A stretch of DNA of 59,884 nucleotides, the filler included, from an uncultured Candidatus Sumerlaeota bacterium (lineage in GTDB: Bacteria > CAYMEV01): the NCBI GenBank assembly GCA_964389675.1. It is 12 parts of 12 records of this genome, joined end to end, with 100 filler letters (N's around TTAATTAATTAA, not from the genome) between each part and the next. Parts side by side here need not be neighbours in the genome. Positions count along the whole stretch, not along the records: positions 39,487 to 43,999 come from CAYMEV010000051.1; positions 44,100 to 48,402 come from CAYMEV010000052.1; positions 48,503 to 51,860 come from CAYMEV010000054.1; positions 51,961 to 55,215 come from CAYMEV010000055.1; 8 more parts are not named here. One strand, given 5' to 3'. The notes under the pieces were generated by a model, which worked only from the letters and a program-made list of their open reading frames with translations, was not told the origin of the DNA and ran no database searches. Positions within the stretch are counted from its first letter, which is position 1. Each line of letters starts with the position of its first letter. The position numbers and the translations under genes are program-made. Positions 40,587 through 52,207 of this stretch are shown here, in pieces.

Positions 40587-42740
40587 TTAAAATGCTCCGA
40601 CAATAACATAAGCTTGAGCTCCGCCATCACCGGCTCCTGTTGCAGAGTTGATTTTTGCAAGTGTAGATTTATCCAGCCTTGTCAGATGTTCAACTTCATT
40701 TTCAATTATATATATATAATCGTCATCTGCTTCTATTGCCCTGATTATGTTTCCATCTGATACATACTCCCTGCAGTAATTTAGTGAAAGGTCATATTCC
40801 ACAAGTTTGCCATAAGTAACTCCATCTTGTTCTTGCATAGATCCTACCAGGGCTATCCTGTTGTCATATATTGATATATCAAGACCTCGAGAGTAGTTGC
40901 TATAGCTTGCTGTTACTATCCTTATCAAATTAAGATCAACTTTGTCAACCATTACAATCTCTGCCCAAGTTCCGCTTCCAAGAGCACTCTGATAGGCACC
41001 TGTTGCCATGTATATATAATTACCATGTATCTTGAGTTTGTTTACTGATCTTCTGCGTTGTGGATAATTTCCATATGGAGTTTCAAATTCCTGAGATAGA
41101 TTCAGAGTTTTAAGCACTGTCATATCAGATATCCTGACTTTATGAATGCTTTCCTCAATTCCCGAGCCCTGACAGCCGACATACAGGATATCGCTTCCAT
41201 CCATCTCCATTGTATTTGCATATCCCCCGAGAGCAGCTGTTCCCAGAAGGTCATTTGAATAGCTGTATTTATATACATTGCCGTCCAGGCATGCCAGCAG
41301 GTAATAGTCATCAGTATAGATAAAATCGTTGATTCTGTTTCCAACACCTACATCAACACTTTCAAGGCTCTCATTGTATTCGAGGGTCGACAGGTCATAA
41401 TGCCTTACTGTCCGCCCTCCGCATATAGCAACACAGTTGTTGACTATTCTCCCCCTTCTTGGAATGTCTGAGTATACCTGATCAGCCTCTATATCCTTAT
41501 ATGCAAGTTCTCTATCAAAGACCCTTAGTGTTCTGTAGGCATAGTTGCAGTTATAGATTGCCTGATAGCTCTTTTCTATCCTGACAGTTGCCATGGCATC
41601 TGATACTGCATTATCCCTTAGTATTATGCCTTCAGGCCAGGGAAGCCCTGTTGATGTATTTATGAGCTCAATAGCCTGGTTTGCGGAATTAAAGGCAATA
41701 ATGTCATCATTTGAATTAGCTGTGAATTTTCCGGTTATGACTGCTGGTAAAGGATCGCTGTAAAATTTTGCAAAACCTTTTGAATTGTAAATATAATAAT
41801 ACATCTCTGACCCATAACACAGTATCAGCTCATCAGCATTATCTTGCCCAGTTATGTCCCCTGCAGCCATCTTATGGCCCTCATCAGGATTTACACTCAA
41901 GATCTTATTAAACTGCACCCCTTTAGCATCAGAACTTTTTGATATCCATTCACCTTCCTTATTAATATCCTGTTTGAGGTCAAATGCACTGTACCTGGTT
42001 ATTCCCTCCTGGCAAGCCTTACCCGGGATATATCTGATGAACCATATGCCCTGCTCATTTTCAAAGGTGCAGGCAATCTCCTGATAACCGTCGCCCGTCA
42101 AGTCGCCTTTTGTGAAATCAGATGCTTTTGCATATATTACAGGTGAGAAAGAGCCTGTTGTGAAATCATAAATATAGGAAGCCTGTATTGAACCGACAAA
42201 TGTAGCAAATAAATTCTCTGTCCCGTTAGGATTACGGTTAAAATTAACTGCAAGAAGCTTCTCTGCAGGGATCTGGCAAATCCTTTCAAAAGACGATGAA
42301 TCATTATCATAGATGTAAAGCCCGTAATTTTCAAATGATACAACAACCTGCCTCTTAGAGCTTTCGCTAGTCTTTGCCAGTGCAAAATCTATCACAGGGT
42401 AGGTTGATATAGCGCTCCATGAAGCTGAAGCCCAGTTATAATAATACAGGCCAGAACCCGCGATATTGCAGACAATATCCAGAACTGCATCCCCGGTGAT
42501 ATCTCCTGCTTCAATCTTAGATGCCGGAGCAGTTAGAAGATTTATCCAGTCATTTCCATATGTCACATGATAAATGCCTGCATCAGGCTGATTATTAATG
42601 CTTATTACAGCAGATTCCTGGTAGGTCTGTTCATCCCTGGGGGAAAAAATGCTGTCTTGATTAGCTATATCTGCTGAATAAAAAGCCAAACAGCAGAAAA
42701 GAACAAAATTAATAAAAAGAAAACTGATAAAAAATTTCAT
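40587..42740 (-). CDS. Secreted protein with FG-GAP-like repeats and C-terminal propeller-like domain
   Basis: Signal peptide, repeated GDITGD..D/GDLTGDG..E, AGGAGG RBS. Confidence 0.75.
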   Translation of the reverse strand: MKFFISFLFINFVLFCCLAFYSADIANQDSIFSPRDEQTYQESAVISINNQPDAGIYHVTYGNDWINLLTAPASKIEAGDITGDAVLDIVCNIAGSGLYYYNWASASWSAISTYPVIDFALAKTSESSKRQVVVSFENYGLYIYDNDSSSFERICQIPAEKLLAVNFNRNPNGTENLFATFVGSIQASYIYDFTTGSFSPVIYAKASDFTKGDLTGDGYQEIACTFENEQGIWFIRYIPGKACQEGITRYSAFDLKQDINKEGEWISKSSDAKGVQFNKILSVNPDEGHKMAAGDITGQDNADELILCYGSEMYYYIYNSKGFAKFYSDPLPAVITGKFTANSNDDIIAFNSANQAIELINTSTGLPWPEGIILRDNAVSDAMATVRIEKSYQAIYNCNYAYRTLRVFDRELAYKDIEADQVYSDIPRRGRIVNNCVAICGGRTVRHYDLSTLEYNESLESVDVGVGNRINDFIYTDDYYLLACLDGNVYKYSYSNDLLGTAALGGYANTMEMDGSDILYVGCQGSGIEESIHKVRISDMTVLKTLNLSQEFETPYGNYPQRRRSVNKLKIHGNYIYMATGAYQSALGSGTWAEIVMVDKVDLNLIRIVTASYSNYSRGLDISIYDNRIALVGSMQEQDGVTYGKLVEYDLSLNYCREYVSDGNIIRAIEADDDYIYIIENEVEHLTRLDKSTLAKINSATGAGDGGAQAYVIVGAF

Positions 42741-42940
42741 ATCGTACCTCCTGGTGATTTATATCTGACAATAAACATTTATAGTCAATAAAAAAATAAT
42801 CTTTGTCAAAAATAAATTATTTAAATATGTATTAAAGCCGCACAGCATCGAGGATTCAGATTATGATTAGCCTGCACTGCTATCTGGAATTATTAGGAAA
42901 GAAACTGAAGGATAAAAGAAACTAAATTTGCAAATTCGCT

Positions 42941-43734
42941 AAGTGTTAAGCTTCTTGTCGCCTTTTATTAAAATATGTTCCATCAATTTTTTCCCGGCTT
43001 TAATACTGCTTCCTTTGATGGTATCTACTGCATAGTTCTTCTTGCCCCCAGCACTCTGGATCTGCCGTTTTTGCCTGATTCATTACTTCATTTCTTTTAG
43101 TGCATATTTCTGAGGTCTTGTGCTTTTTCATCTGTTCAAGGGTGATAAATTCCAGGGATGAGTGAAGATGTATAAGTGTTGTACCAGCTTGAGAAATGTG
43201 CCATCCATTCTCGAGCATGTGATATATCTCTGAATCTCATAGGATATCCGGGATCTCATTTCAATGTTCTTAAGAATGATACTATAAATGGATTGTCATT
43301 TCTGGTTCTGGGTCTGCTTAATGATACTTTAACATCCATTGACTTCAAAAAAAACCAGTGTTGTTCCTCTCATAGGATGGCCATTATCTTCATGGAGATA
43401 TTCAAAAAGGATATTTCTTCCCCTGGAGAGTGTCCTGAATAGACCGCGGCTATTTATCTCACTTTCTTTTTCATGGATGCTCTCCTCCTTTTATTTTACG
43501 TGGACAGCGTCTGCTAGGTGAATTGTTCCACTCCCCTATTCGGTTTTGGAAACCATTGAATGCTGCGGCTACGGCTCTCCAATCTACTCCGCGGTCTCCA
43601 AGGACCATTAAAAATGTCGAACACTAGTCCTGCTGACCAAGACAACTTTGGCTGGTATAGCATAACTCAATTCACGCCTCATGAAGACTTTTTATCATTC
43701 CTCCTTATTTAGAGGCGACATCTATATTGGTACA
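42941..43734 (-). mobile_element. Degenerate, internally deleted IS3-family element
   Basis: Frameshifted HEDNGHPMRG, SRPRTRNDNP, WYN, LHSSLEFIT...PECW; both ends carry TGTCGCC in inverted orientation. Confidence 0.75.
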
Positions 43735-43944
43735 AAAATAGTTGATTAATTTTATATATTTGAAAAAGCGCTGCCATTGAGAGGATATTTGTATAAAAAC
43801 CATAACGGGCCTTTAATATTATAATATATATCACCTTTTTGGTGGGACAGAATGTTTATTAATGAAAATATTGACATTTAGTTAAATTATTTATAGATTT
43901 AGATTACAAAAAAATGACTGATAAAATAAAATACGATTATTTTA

Positions 43945-43999
43945 GAGAGTGTAAAATATTTTCTGTAAATTAAAAAAATAGTGTGTCTCCCAAGATCTT
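43945..43999 (+). mobile_element. IS256-family terminus
   Basis: GAGAGTGTAAAATATTTTCTGTAAAT at contig edge. Confidence 0.8.
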
Positions 44000-44099
44000 N
44001 NNNNNNNNNNNNNNNNNNNNNNNNNNNNNNNNNNNNNNNNNNNTTAATTAATTAANNNNNNNNNNNNNNNNNNNNNNNNNNNNNNNNNNNNNNNNNNNN

Positions 44100-44280
44100 C
44101 CAGGGACACATAAAGAAGCAGGCTGGCTGTCACCAGGGATATGGAAAGTGAACCTAGCGGGCCGAACTCTATTATTTCCTTTCCCGTAGGCTCCAGGACA
44201 CGGCTTGAGAAGATGGATCCCCCGATGCCGAACCAGGGTGCAATTATAAGGACCGAAAGGAGGTATGAGTTTATCCGCTT
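44100..44280 (-). pseudogene. Possible PiT-family phosphate transporter fragment
   Basis: FGIGGSIFSSRVLEPTGKEIIEFGPLG; no credible N-terminus. Confidence 0.35.
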
Positions 44281-44448
44281 CCTGGATACTCTCCCTCCTT
44301 TTCTTTTTGCACTCCTTCTGCTGATGATAACATGCATATCTTTTAAAAAAAGGCATAAATTGATAAGCCTTCACTGTAAGGTATCACTTAATTCCAGCCT
44401 TTTGCCCTTTCATGGTATATGTGCATACCTCTTTAAAGATTAAAGGAA

Positions 44449-44476
44449 AGGCAATAACACCGTGCTGTTATTGCCT
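44449..44476 (-). terminator. 3' hairpin with GCACGG loop
   Basis: Minus strand AGGCAATAACA-GCACGG-TGTTATTGCCT. Confidence 0.85.
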
Positions 44477-44483
44477 ATTTTTT

Positions 44484-46355
44484 TTACTGGAAAATTACCG
44501 TAACATATAGGACATCTCCTCCTATTATTTCACGTAAGTAAGGTCCAGTCTGCTTTTCAATTACCAGTTCATGAGTTATGGAATCTTCAGACGAAGCCTC
44601 AAAATTCATCGTAACATAGTCCTTATGGGAATTATCCAGCTCAGATATCGGGATGGTCCAATCCCAAGGATTATACACCTTATTAAGTGTTTTTGTAATA
44701 TCAACTCTTTTCTTTGTATTAATATCATAAAGATTATATACCGTATTGGGGGGATCGTATTGCATATCATCATTGGTCCCATTGTTTATCACATTAAAAG
44801 TGAGGCTGTATTCAGAGTTTTTTGTTCTTATAATGGGGTGTGGTTCCTCGCACCTGATTGCATTATTATCAAAATAGTTTCTACTGTATGAGGGGTCCTG
44901 ATTAGCATATTTGCCGTATTTCCAGCCCTGGCTCTCATCAAAGAATCTCTCATTTATCTTATTATTAAACTGTACCATTAATAATGGATCAAACTGAGGA
45001 TCATCATAATCGTCTATGGAGCAATACTTATTATTATACCCGGCCCCAAATATTGAAGCAATCCCCGCGATCTGCTTTACTCTTGCAGCAGTATTGTCAT
45101 ATAGATTTCCAGAATCTCCGTCGCTGTCAATTATATAAAATCTTTGTAAATTCTGTAGATTTTGGAGTAAATTATCATCCCTTATCCTGTCCAGGGCATT
45201 TTTTATATGGATTTTCTGTGCATTTTCCCAATCTGAATAACTGGGGTAATCCTGAGGGTTATCAAGCTGCCAGTGGTCATTAGTACCTGCATTGCAGGAT
45301 GCATGAATAGATATAATATCTATCAATTTTACCAGGCCCTGATCCAGTGTAAGCAAGTCTCTCCTTATTGCAGGATCACCATGTGCATTAAAAGCAATAA
45401 GGGAGCTCGGCCTTTCTTTCTTTATCCATTTTGCTACCTGATGGCTCCATCTGGCTGACAGATTGATGTCTCCCTGACTGGTATCTGCAATAACAGGCTT
45501 AGGCTCATTTTCTATCTCAAATATGACATTCCAGTACTCAGCCGGGATACTGCCTGCTACCCTCTTTACATATCCCTCCTGCAATTCCCCCATATGATTA
45601 AGCGTATTAAAATAAATAGTATTTCCGTTCCATTCCCAGATATCATAGAAAGCGTAATTGGACTGCAAATTTATAGACAATGGATATGGAGACATACCTT
45701 CTAACAAAAACCCTGCAGTTCCAGGCTCACCCTGGACTGAATCATTATTATCAGGATTCCATGCAGAACATTTCCAACAAGCATCATTATCTTTAAGGCA
45801 TGAATCAAACAGTGTGATCATAACTATTACATTATTATCCCTTGCCTCTGATATGATATCAAGAAGCCTGTCTTCATATGCTGGTATATCATCATCATAC
45901 CAATCGGGCCAAAACCGAAGGTCATACTCATAATCTACAGGGTTTACGTCCTGTCCCAGGTAGTTTAGGCACTTAAATGGCTGCTGTTCTCTTTTGCCAT
46001 AATCAGGATAGGAAATGGTCCCGAATATTGGATGAGGATCATCCCCAGCCTTCCAGAGCCCGCTGGTATTGGAATAGCCTTCCATCCAGATCCTTAAAAA
46101 GTTGGACCTTGTATTACCGGAGCCAGCTATGAGTATTGTGAAATTATCAGGAAACAACTCACTATATATAAGTGGATCGCTTAAATAATGGTAATCTGAT
46201 GTTCCCCTGAGCACAATCCTCTCATCATCAAAGAACAGTGAGAAATCATTGATCCTCAGCCTTGGCAATACCGGGTTCCATTGAGTAAAAACAGAAAAGC
46301 ATGCAAAACCAAGAATAAAGAAAAATAATAAAAGCCTTTTGATTAAATTAAACAT
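44484..46355 (-). CDS. Secreted GH-A-like TIM-barrel/Ig protein (locus B)
   Basis: Collinear paralog of 12300..14180; WNVIFEIENEPK. Confidence 0.78.
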   Translation of the reverse strand: MFNLIKRLLLFFFILGFACFSVFTQWNPVLPRLRINDFSLFFDDERIVLRGTSDYHYLSDPLIYSELFPDNFTILIAGSGNTRSNFLRIWMEGYSNTSGLWKAGDDPHPIFGTISYPDYGKREQQPFKCLNYLGQDVNPVDYEYDLRFWPDWYDDDIPAYEDRLLDIISEARDNNVIVMITLFDSCLKDNDACWKCSAWNPDNNDSVQGEPGTAGFLLEGMSPYPLSINLQSNYAFYDIWEWNGNTIYFNTLNHMGELQEGYVKRVAGSIPAEYWNVIFEIENEPKPVIADTSQGDINLSARWSHQVAKWIKKERPSSLIAFNAHGDPAIRRDLLTLDQGLVKLIDIISIHASCNAGTNDHWQLDNPQDYPSYSDWENAQKIHIKNALDRIRDDNLLQNLQNLQRFYIIDSDGDSGNLYDNTAARVKQIAGIASIFGAGYNNKYCSIDDYDDPQFDPLLMVQFNNKINERFFDESQGWKYGKYANQDPSYSRNYFDNNAIRCEEPHPIIRTKNSEYSLTFNVINNGTNDDMQYDPPNTVYNLYDINTKKRVDITKTLNKVYNPWDWTIPISELDNSHKDYVTMNFEASSEDSITHELVIEKQTGPYLREIIGGDVLYVTVIFQ

Positions 46356-46567
46356 ATATTACCTCCTAAAAATATTATTAAAAAACAGGAAAATGCACGG
46401 ATATCCCTGTTAATAATATAATAATTACAATTCTAAGTAATTTTATTTTTATTTTTCAATATTTTTTAGTATGATAATATTATTATGAAAATATATTTCT
46501 TTATATGTAATTGGATATTGACTTATATTCATGTTAAATATATATTAGAGCTATATGGAGGTATCTT
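46356..46567. promoter_or_regulatory. Divergent promoter region of locus B, with CCGTGC-loop leader hairpin (46385-46410)
   Basis: Minus strand TTGAAA-N18-TAGAAT, then ACAGGGATAT-CCGTGC-ATTTTCCTGT and T run; TTGACT on plus strand. Confidence 0.7.
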
Positions 46568-48402
46568 ATGTCAAGAGATGCTTTAGCCATTATTATCCTG
46601 GTGTTTTTTTTGGGAACATTTTTATCTTATGCTCAGGAAGCCCCTTTGTTTCTCTGGGCAAACCAGGCAGGATCTGAATGGGGATTATATTTTATTGAGG
46701 TTTTTGATATTGCTGTTGATAATTACGGCAATTCATACATAACAGGATATTTTGCTGGCGATGCAACCTTTGGCATACCGGGAAATCCTGACAATACTGA
46801 CCTTTTTTCATGGGGATACGGCGATGTGTATTTTGCCAAGGTTGATCCTGAGGGAGATTTTTTGTGGGTGATCCAGGCAGGCGGTATAGACTCGGAGAGG
46901 GGCATGGGGATTACTAGCGATGATAATGGTAACATGTATATAATTGGCCAATTTTCTGAATATATCTGTTTTGGCGACCCGGATGACCCTTCTACAATAA
47001 GGCTCGATACAGATGAATATATATGTGCATTTATAGCAAAATACGATGCATATGAAGCTATACAATGGGCAATAAAGATAGAAGGCAATGCTCTTGTAAC
47101 GGGAGATGATTTGGCTGTTGACAGCTCCGGTAATATAATTATATCTGGACATTTCAGCAGCACAGCATATTTTGGGGAGCCAGGAGATCCTGAGACAATA
47201 GAATTGACCGCATTGGGAAACTGGCAAATAACAGGCTTCATTGCAAAAATGGATAGCTCAGGCAGCTTTCTCTGGGCGAATCAGACAGGGACCCTTATAT
47301 ATGAGAATGATAATTTTTCCCTTAATGCAATTGATACTGATCCCTTTGGCAATACATTCATTACCGGATATTATCGTAGTGCAGCATATTTCGGAGACCC
47401 ATATACCATACCGCTTATTACACTGGATATCTATTCCAGCAATGATAATTTTAATGATATATTTATAGCAAAGCTTGATGATGAAGGAGAGTTCCTCTGG
47501 GCAAGGCGGGCATATGGCAGTGGTGCTGACTTCAGCCTTGATGTGGCTGCTGATAATGAAGGCAATGCAGTCATAACAGGATATTTTAAAAAGACCATAT
47601 ACTTTGGGGAGTCTGAGGATATAAGCCTTTCCACGAATAATCACTGCAATATATTTATAGCAAAAATTGATCTTTCAGGTAATTTCCTTTGGGCGAAGCA
47701 GGCAGGGGGCGTCCATATTGATATTGCAGAGAGTGTTGCAGTTGACAGTTCAAACAATGCATATATTACAGGATCATACTGTGAGATAGCATATTTTGGA
47801 GAGCCGGGTCATTTAAATACAATAATTCTAATGCCTTATAATAATTGCGGTTCATTTGTAGCCAAACTTGACCCTGATGGTAATTTCTTCTGGGCAAAGC
47901 GCCTGGGGGGATTCAGCTGCTCAAGCAGATGCATTGCAGTAGATGATGAAGACAATTCATATATTGCGGGGCTTTTTAAGGGGACTATCTATTTCGGTGA
48001 GCCTGATGACCCTGGTACGCCACAGCTGTATGTATCACCTAATGAGTATAATATAGTTTTTGTCGCCCGTCTTGATTCGGGCACCTATGGCCCTGATGCT
48101 TCCGTAGTATCCTCAGATTTGAGCTTTCAGCCGGGCCTGCCGGATCCAGGAGATACTGTGGAAATAAATGCAAAAATTTATAATTATGGAATGGAAACGA
48201 TCAATCAGGGAAATGTTGAATTCTATTATAGTATTGAACCAGATACTGGCCTCAATATGATAGGGACAGTCCCCTTTCATGATCTTCAGACAGAAAATTA
48301 TACCGATGTTTCCATTCAATGGGAAACAGGCACTGAACTTGACCCGCGAATGTATGTAATAACAGTATATATTTCTGATACGATGCCGAATGATATAAAT
48401 AT
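46568..48402 (+). CDS. Secreted SBBP beta-propeller + CARDB protein (locus B), partial
   Basis: Paralog of 9902..12081 without frameshift; runs into linker. Confidence 0.88.
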
Positions 48403-48504
48403 NNNNNNNNNNNNNNNNNNNNNNNNNNNNNNNNNNNNNNNNNNNNTTAATTAATTAANNNNNNNNNNNNNNNNNNNNNNNNNNNNNNNNNNNNNNNNNN
48501 NNTT

Positions 48505-49554
48505 GAGATTGATTCTTCAGGCGAACCAAACTTCAAAATCAAAGACTATATTACAGCTATTAATCCAGGGAATGGAGATATTTTATGGGAATTTATGTTC
48601 CCTTCAAAAGGTTTAATGAGTAAAAACAAAGACTATTTTAATAAACTATTTTCTACATCACATGATAATTTGCTTTATGTTCTTATTGACCCCATAACTA
48701 AAAACAGCAGCCTATATTCTTTTAATATTAAAACTGGAGAATTGATCTGGAAAACTGCTTTTTCAGATCCTAAGCATTGGTTGTCGCTTATTGTCAATGA
48801 AAAATACAATAAAATATTTTTTATTTCTGAAGATTTTCTATATGCATTAGACACAAAAACCGGTAATACTCTATGGAAATGGAAATTAATGAGTTTAGAT
48901 CAGGCTATCCACTTCTTCGGACCAAGGCCCGAATTATACAGAACCTTTTCAATTCACGATACATGGGTATATAAAATTTTATTTCCTTCAAAAAACCATA
49001 ATATTGTTATATTAGCTGCATCCAGTTTAGAAGTATGCCAAGGACTTCCATATAAATACCATTTAGATTCTCCTCATTATCTTATTGCTTTTGATATCAA
49101 TACAGGCAAACCCTTATGGATAGAGGATGCTTTTTCTTCAATTTTGATACTAAAACATGAAAATAATGATAAAATCTTCTTAATATATCCAGATGATGAT
49201 TTAAGGCTCATTCAAAAGCCTAATTCTTTTTCTATTCATTCATTATCATTTTTAACTGGAGAATTGATAGATAAATTTCAAATAAATAACATATATCAGT
49301 TGTTTCAATCAGATTTTTATTTTTACAAAATACATGGGAACCATCTTCTGGCAAGATCACGTAAATTGCATCTCAATGAGTCTTCTAAATTATTTTCCAT
49401 AAATCTTTTAACAAAAGAGCTGGAATGGATAATAGTGGATTCATCACTGGATGTCTTTGAAATGAATAAAGGTGATATAATTTTTTCAAATAAAATGATA
49501 TATTTATATGGGAACGGCTATATTTATGCCATACAATCCCGAAAAACTATATAA
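48505..49554 (+). CDS. PQQ-like (BamB-type) beta-propeller protein, 5' partial
   Basis: Repeated LYALDxKTGxxLW; frame open back to linker. Confidence 0.8.
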   Translation, partial: EIDSSGEPNFKIKDYITAINPGNGDILWEFMFPSKGLMSKNKDYFNKLFSTSHDNLLYVLIDPITKNSSLYSFNIKTGELIWKTAFSDPKHWLSLIVNEKYNKIFFISEDFLYALDTKTGNTLWKWKLMSLDQAIHFFGPRPELYRTFSIHDTWVYKILFPSKNHNIVILAASSLEVCQGLPYKYHLDSPHYLIAFDINTGKPLWIEDAFSSILILKHENNDKIFLIYPDDDLRLIQKPNSFSIHSLSFLTGELIDKFQINNIYQLFQSDFYFYKIHGNHLLARSRKLHLNESSKLFSINLLTKELEWIIVDSSLDVFEMNKGDIIFSNKMIYLYGNGYIYAIQSRKTI

Positions 49555-49635
49555 ATCATTAAAACTATATATAATATGATACTGATTGCATTTTTTTGAA
49601 ATAATTCTTGCTGAATAATAATTATAGGAGTTGAA

Positions 49636-50442
49636 ATGAGGCAATTGAATAAAAATTTGAATATAAGGATTCTGCTTTTTGTTTTATTTTTTTTCCTTTT
49701 TGAAAATATTATAATATCCCAGGATGCAGAAAATAGAAAAGTATATATTATAAACGGAGTTAGATTTGCTGTCCATTATATTCCTCCGGGAACATTTATA
49801 ATGGGAACAGACAGACCGCCATCACTAAGGAGAAAGGAAGAAACTGCCAGAAAAGTAACTTTAACAAAAGGATTCTGGATAATGGAAACAGAAGTAACCC
49901 AAGAACTGTATGAATCTATAATGGGAACTAATCCCAGTCAATTTTCAGGAAAACAACACCCGGCAGAAAATATTTCATGGTATGATGCGATAAATTTTTG
50001 CACTAATTTATCAAAAGCAACCAATATGAACTGGAGTCTTCCAACAGAGGCTGAATGGGAATATGCTTGCAGAGCGGGAAGTAAAACTATGTACAGCTTT
50101 GGTGATCTTTATCAAAGTAAAATATCAGATTATGCATGCATATCTATCAACAGGTATAATAAGAATATTCATCATTGTCAGGTAGGAAAATATAAGCCTA
50201 ATAACTGGGGTCTGTATGATATGCATGGCAATGTATGGGAATGGTGTTCTGATTGGTATGGAGAGTATCAGTATAATTCAGTCGTAGACCCGCATGGACC
50301 TGATAAGGGTTATTGTCGTGTTCTCAGAGGCGGAAGCTGGTTATCAGATAGAGATGCTTTGCGTTCTGCCTACAGGAATAGCTTTTATCCTCATTTCCAA
50401 AGCAGATATTTTGGATTTAGGGCTGTAATGCGCGAAAAGTAA
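49636..50442 (+). CDS. Secreted FGE/SUMF1-family (C-lectin fold) protein
   Basis: FIMG, TEVTQ, LPTEAEWEYACRAG, NNWGLYDMHGNVWEWC, RVLRGGSW, GFR. Confidence 0.92.
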   Translation: MRQLNKNLNIRILLFVLFFFLFENIIISQDAENRKVYIINGVRFAVHYIPPGTFIMGTDRPPSLRRKEETARKVTLTKGFWIMETEVTQELYESIMGTNPSQFSGKQHPAENISWYDAINFCTNLSKATNMNWSLPTEAEWEYACRAGSKTMYSFGDLYQSKISDYACISINRYNKNIHHCQVGKYKPNNWGLYDMHGNVWEWCSDWYGEYQYNSVVDPHGPDKGYCRVLRGGSWLSDRDALRSAYRNSFYPHFQSRYFGFRAVMREK

Positions 50443-50574
50443 TAAAGTAAATTCAGTAAGGATTATTTTATTGCCTATTCCTGCAGGAACAGGCAATTGA
50501 GCATGTCCGGATCCTCAGCATTACTGCAGTTGTAGCATCAGTAAAGGAAAGAACATCTCTTCTGGCTTATTATA

Positions 50575-50951
50575 TCAGACCCTATGTAATCCTCTTAGGT
50601 CAAAGTATACATTTCTTACCCTGAATGGGCCAGGGCAGCTTATTATAAGTCTTATCCTGTCAAAGTCGCTTAATCTTTCCTGAAAAAAAAGGGCTTATCA
50701 AAACATAGCTGTTTATTTCTAAGCCAATCGGGAACCTCGGTTCCGCAATTCTGCAGATAATAATCAATCAGTGCAGCGGCAATGGTTAAAAACCTTTTCT
50801 CATCATCAGTGCATGAGTCAATATTTTCAGGCACCTGCAGGCTTTTTATAAGAGCAGGGTCTTTTCTTTTAAGTGATTCCATCAGAAGATTCAGGCTTGT
50901 ATTTTCATCTTTGCACAAATACAAGGCATTCAGAAATTTATTTCCAATCAT
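50575..50951 (-). pseudogene. Partner gene of nucleotidyltransferase, frameshifted in a T8 tract
   Basis: AAALIDY...VPDW...PFFF then out-of-frame RLSDFD...PGPFRVRNVYFD; adding one T restores the frame. Confidence 0.65.
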
Positions 50952-51495
50952 ATCCGAGGTCCTCTCCCAGGTATCTGATGAATACGATCTGCCTTTCACC
51001 GACCAGAGATAAGGGAATATAATCCGATATTACTGTTAATAACTGCTCCTTATTATTTATTTCCAGGTCCTTGCATAGCAGAAAGGCATCTGCGAAGTCT
51101 TTTGATGGTTCTGGCCTGGCTGACAGGATTTTCATTGCAAGAAGCTGCTGTGCTACAGGCCTTAAGATTCTCAAGTTGGAGTAGCTCCTGTAGGTTTCCT
51201 TATCTTCTTTCAGAATGGATTTGAGTGGTTCTTTAATATCTTCATTAATCCAGCCCTTTGGGAGAGAAAAAACAAACCCTGTATCTTCCAGTATTCTCTC
51301 AAGAAGCTTTTCATCAGTATTGCCGAAAACGCAGTCAATATACCTTGTTGCAGGCCTGTTATCAGAAACCAGGGCCATTATGGACCCGCCATATAAAGTT
51401 ATATCGAGATGCAGCTGGTTTTCATTAAGCCTTAGATTGATGTAATCAAAAATTGCAAGCAGTCTTTCTTTATTTAGAGTAATATCTTCATTCAT
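50938..51495 (-). CDS. DUF6036-like nucleotidyltransferase (putative toxin), catalytic motif altered
   Basis: LYGGS, R.ATRYID (consensus T.DID), WINE, LLAMK.LSAR, KD..D. Confidence 0.75.
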   Translation of the reverse strand: MNEDITLNKERLLAIFDYINLRLNENQLHLDITLYGGSIMALVSDNRPATRYIDCVFGNTDEKLLERILEDTGFVFSLPKGWINEDIKEPLKSILKEDKETYRSYSNLRILRPVAQQLLAMKILSARPEPSKDFADAFLLCKDLEINNKEQLLTVISDYIPLSLVGERQIVFIRYLGEDLGYDWK

Positions 51496-51569
51496 TGGTT
51501 ACATACCGATTTTTATTATAACATTTTGCCAAAAAAAGCAAACTATAAATTCTCCAATGAGAAAATTGA

Positions 51570-51860
51570 ATATCCGGTCATTCTGGAAATATTATCAAAT
51601 CTTGAAGGCAGCGGGCTGTGGTATTACAATATGATAAACAATAGCTGGCATCTTCATACGCAGATGCCATCAGGCAACAGCTGATGTCTTAATTTCGCAT
51701 TCTTATTGATGAGAGCAAAACAACCCGGACAGGATACTTACAATTCCGGGACAAACGATAATATCTGCAAATATAGACAGGGATGTAGAAGATATTGACG
51801 AGCTGATTATTTCCTTTGCAGGTTATGGACTTTATATATATGATTATTATGAGGATAAGT
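51570..51860 (+). pseudogene. Degraded paralog of 40587..42740
   Basis: SNLEGSGLWYYN...SW and IPGQTIISANIDRD...FAGYGLYIYD in broken frames. Confidence 0.6.
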
Positions 51861-51960
51861 NNNNNNNNNNNNNNNNNNNNNNNNNNNNNNNNNNNNNNNN
51901 NNNNTTAATTAATTAANNNNNNNNNNNNNNNNNNNNNNNNNNNNNNNNNNNNNNNNNNNN

Positions 51961-52080
51961 TGCTGATGCCGGCATCAGTTACGGTATCTATTACATCGCT
52001 TATATCCTTGTATGCTTCCGGGTATTCCTCAAGTATTGTACGCCTGCCGGCTGCAATTACAAAGATGCCCTTTTTCAGTC
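51961..52080 (-). pseudogene. rtcB: 3' fragment of RNA ligase RtcB
   Basis: KGIFVIAAGRRTILEEYPEAYKDISDVIDTVTDAGIS; in-frame stop shortly upstream, 5' part absent. Confidence 0.7.
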
Positions 52081-52207
52081 GATCTTCAGTTGAGATGAAG
52101 AGTGGCGATTTCCAAGTTCCTATCGATAGCGGATATTAAGCAACACGATGCCGGCAATGATGGCCGGCAGAAAGAGGACATGGCTGCCAGGGAAGGCGTA
52201 AGCGCTG

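Noticed and set aside
49636-50442. FGE/C-lectin protein as a diversity-generating retroelement target
   Set aside because: No template repeat or reverse transcriptase in the window; codons in the would-be variable region (TTA, TCA, AGA) do not fit AAY-derived variation
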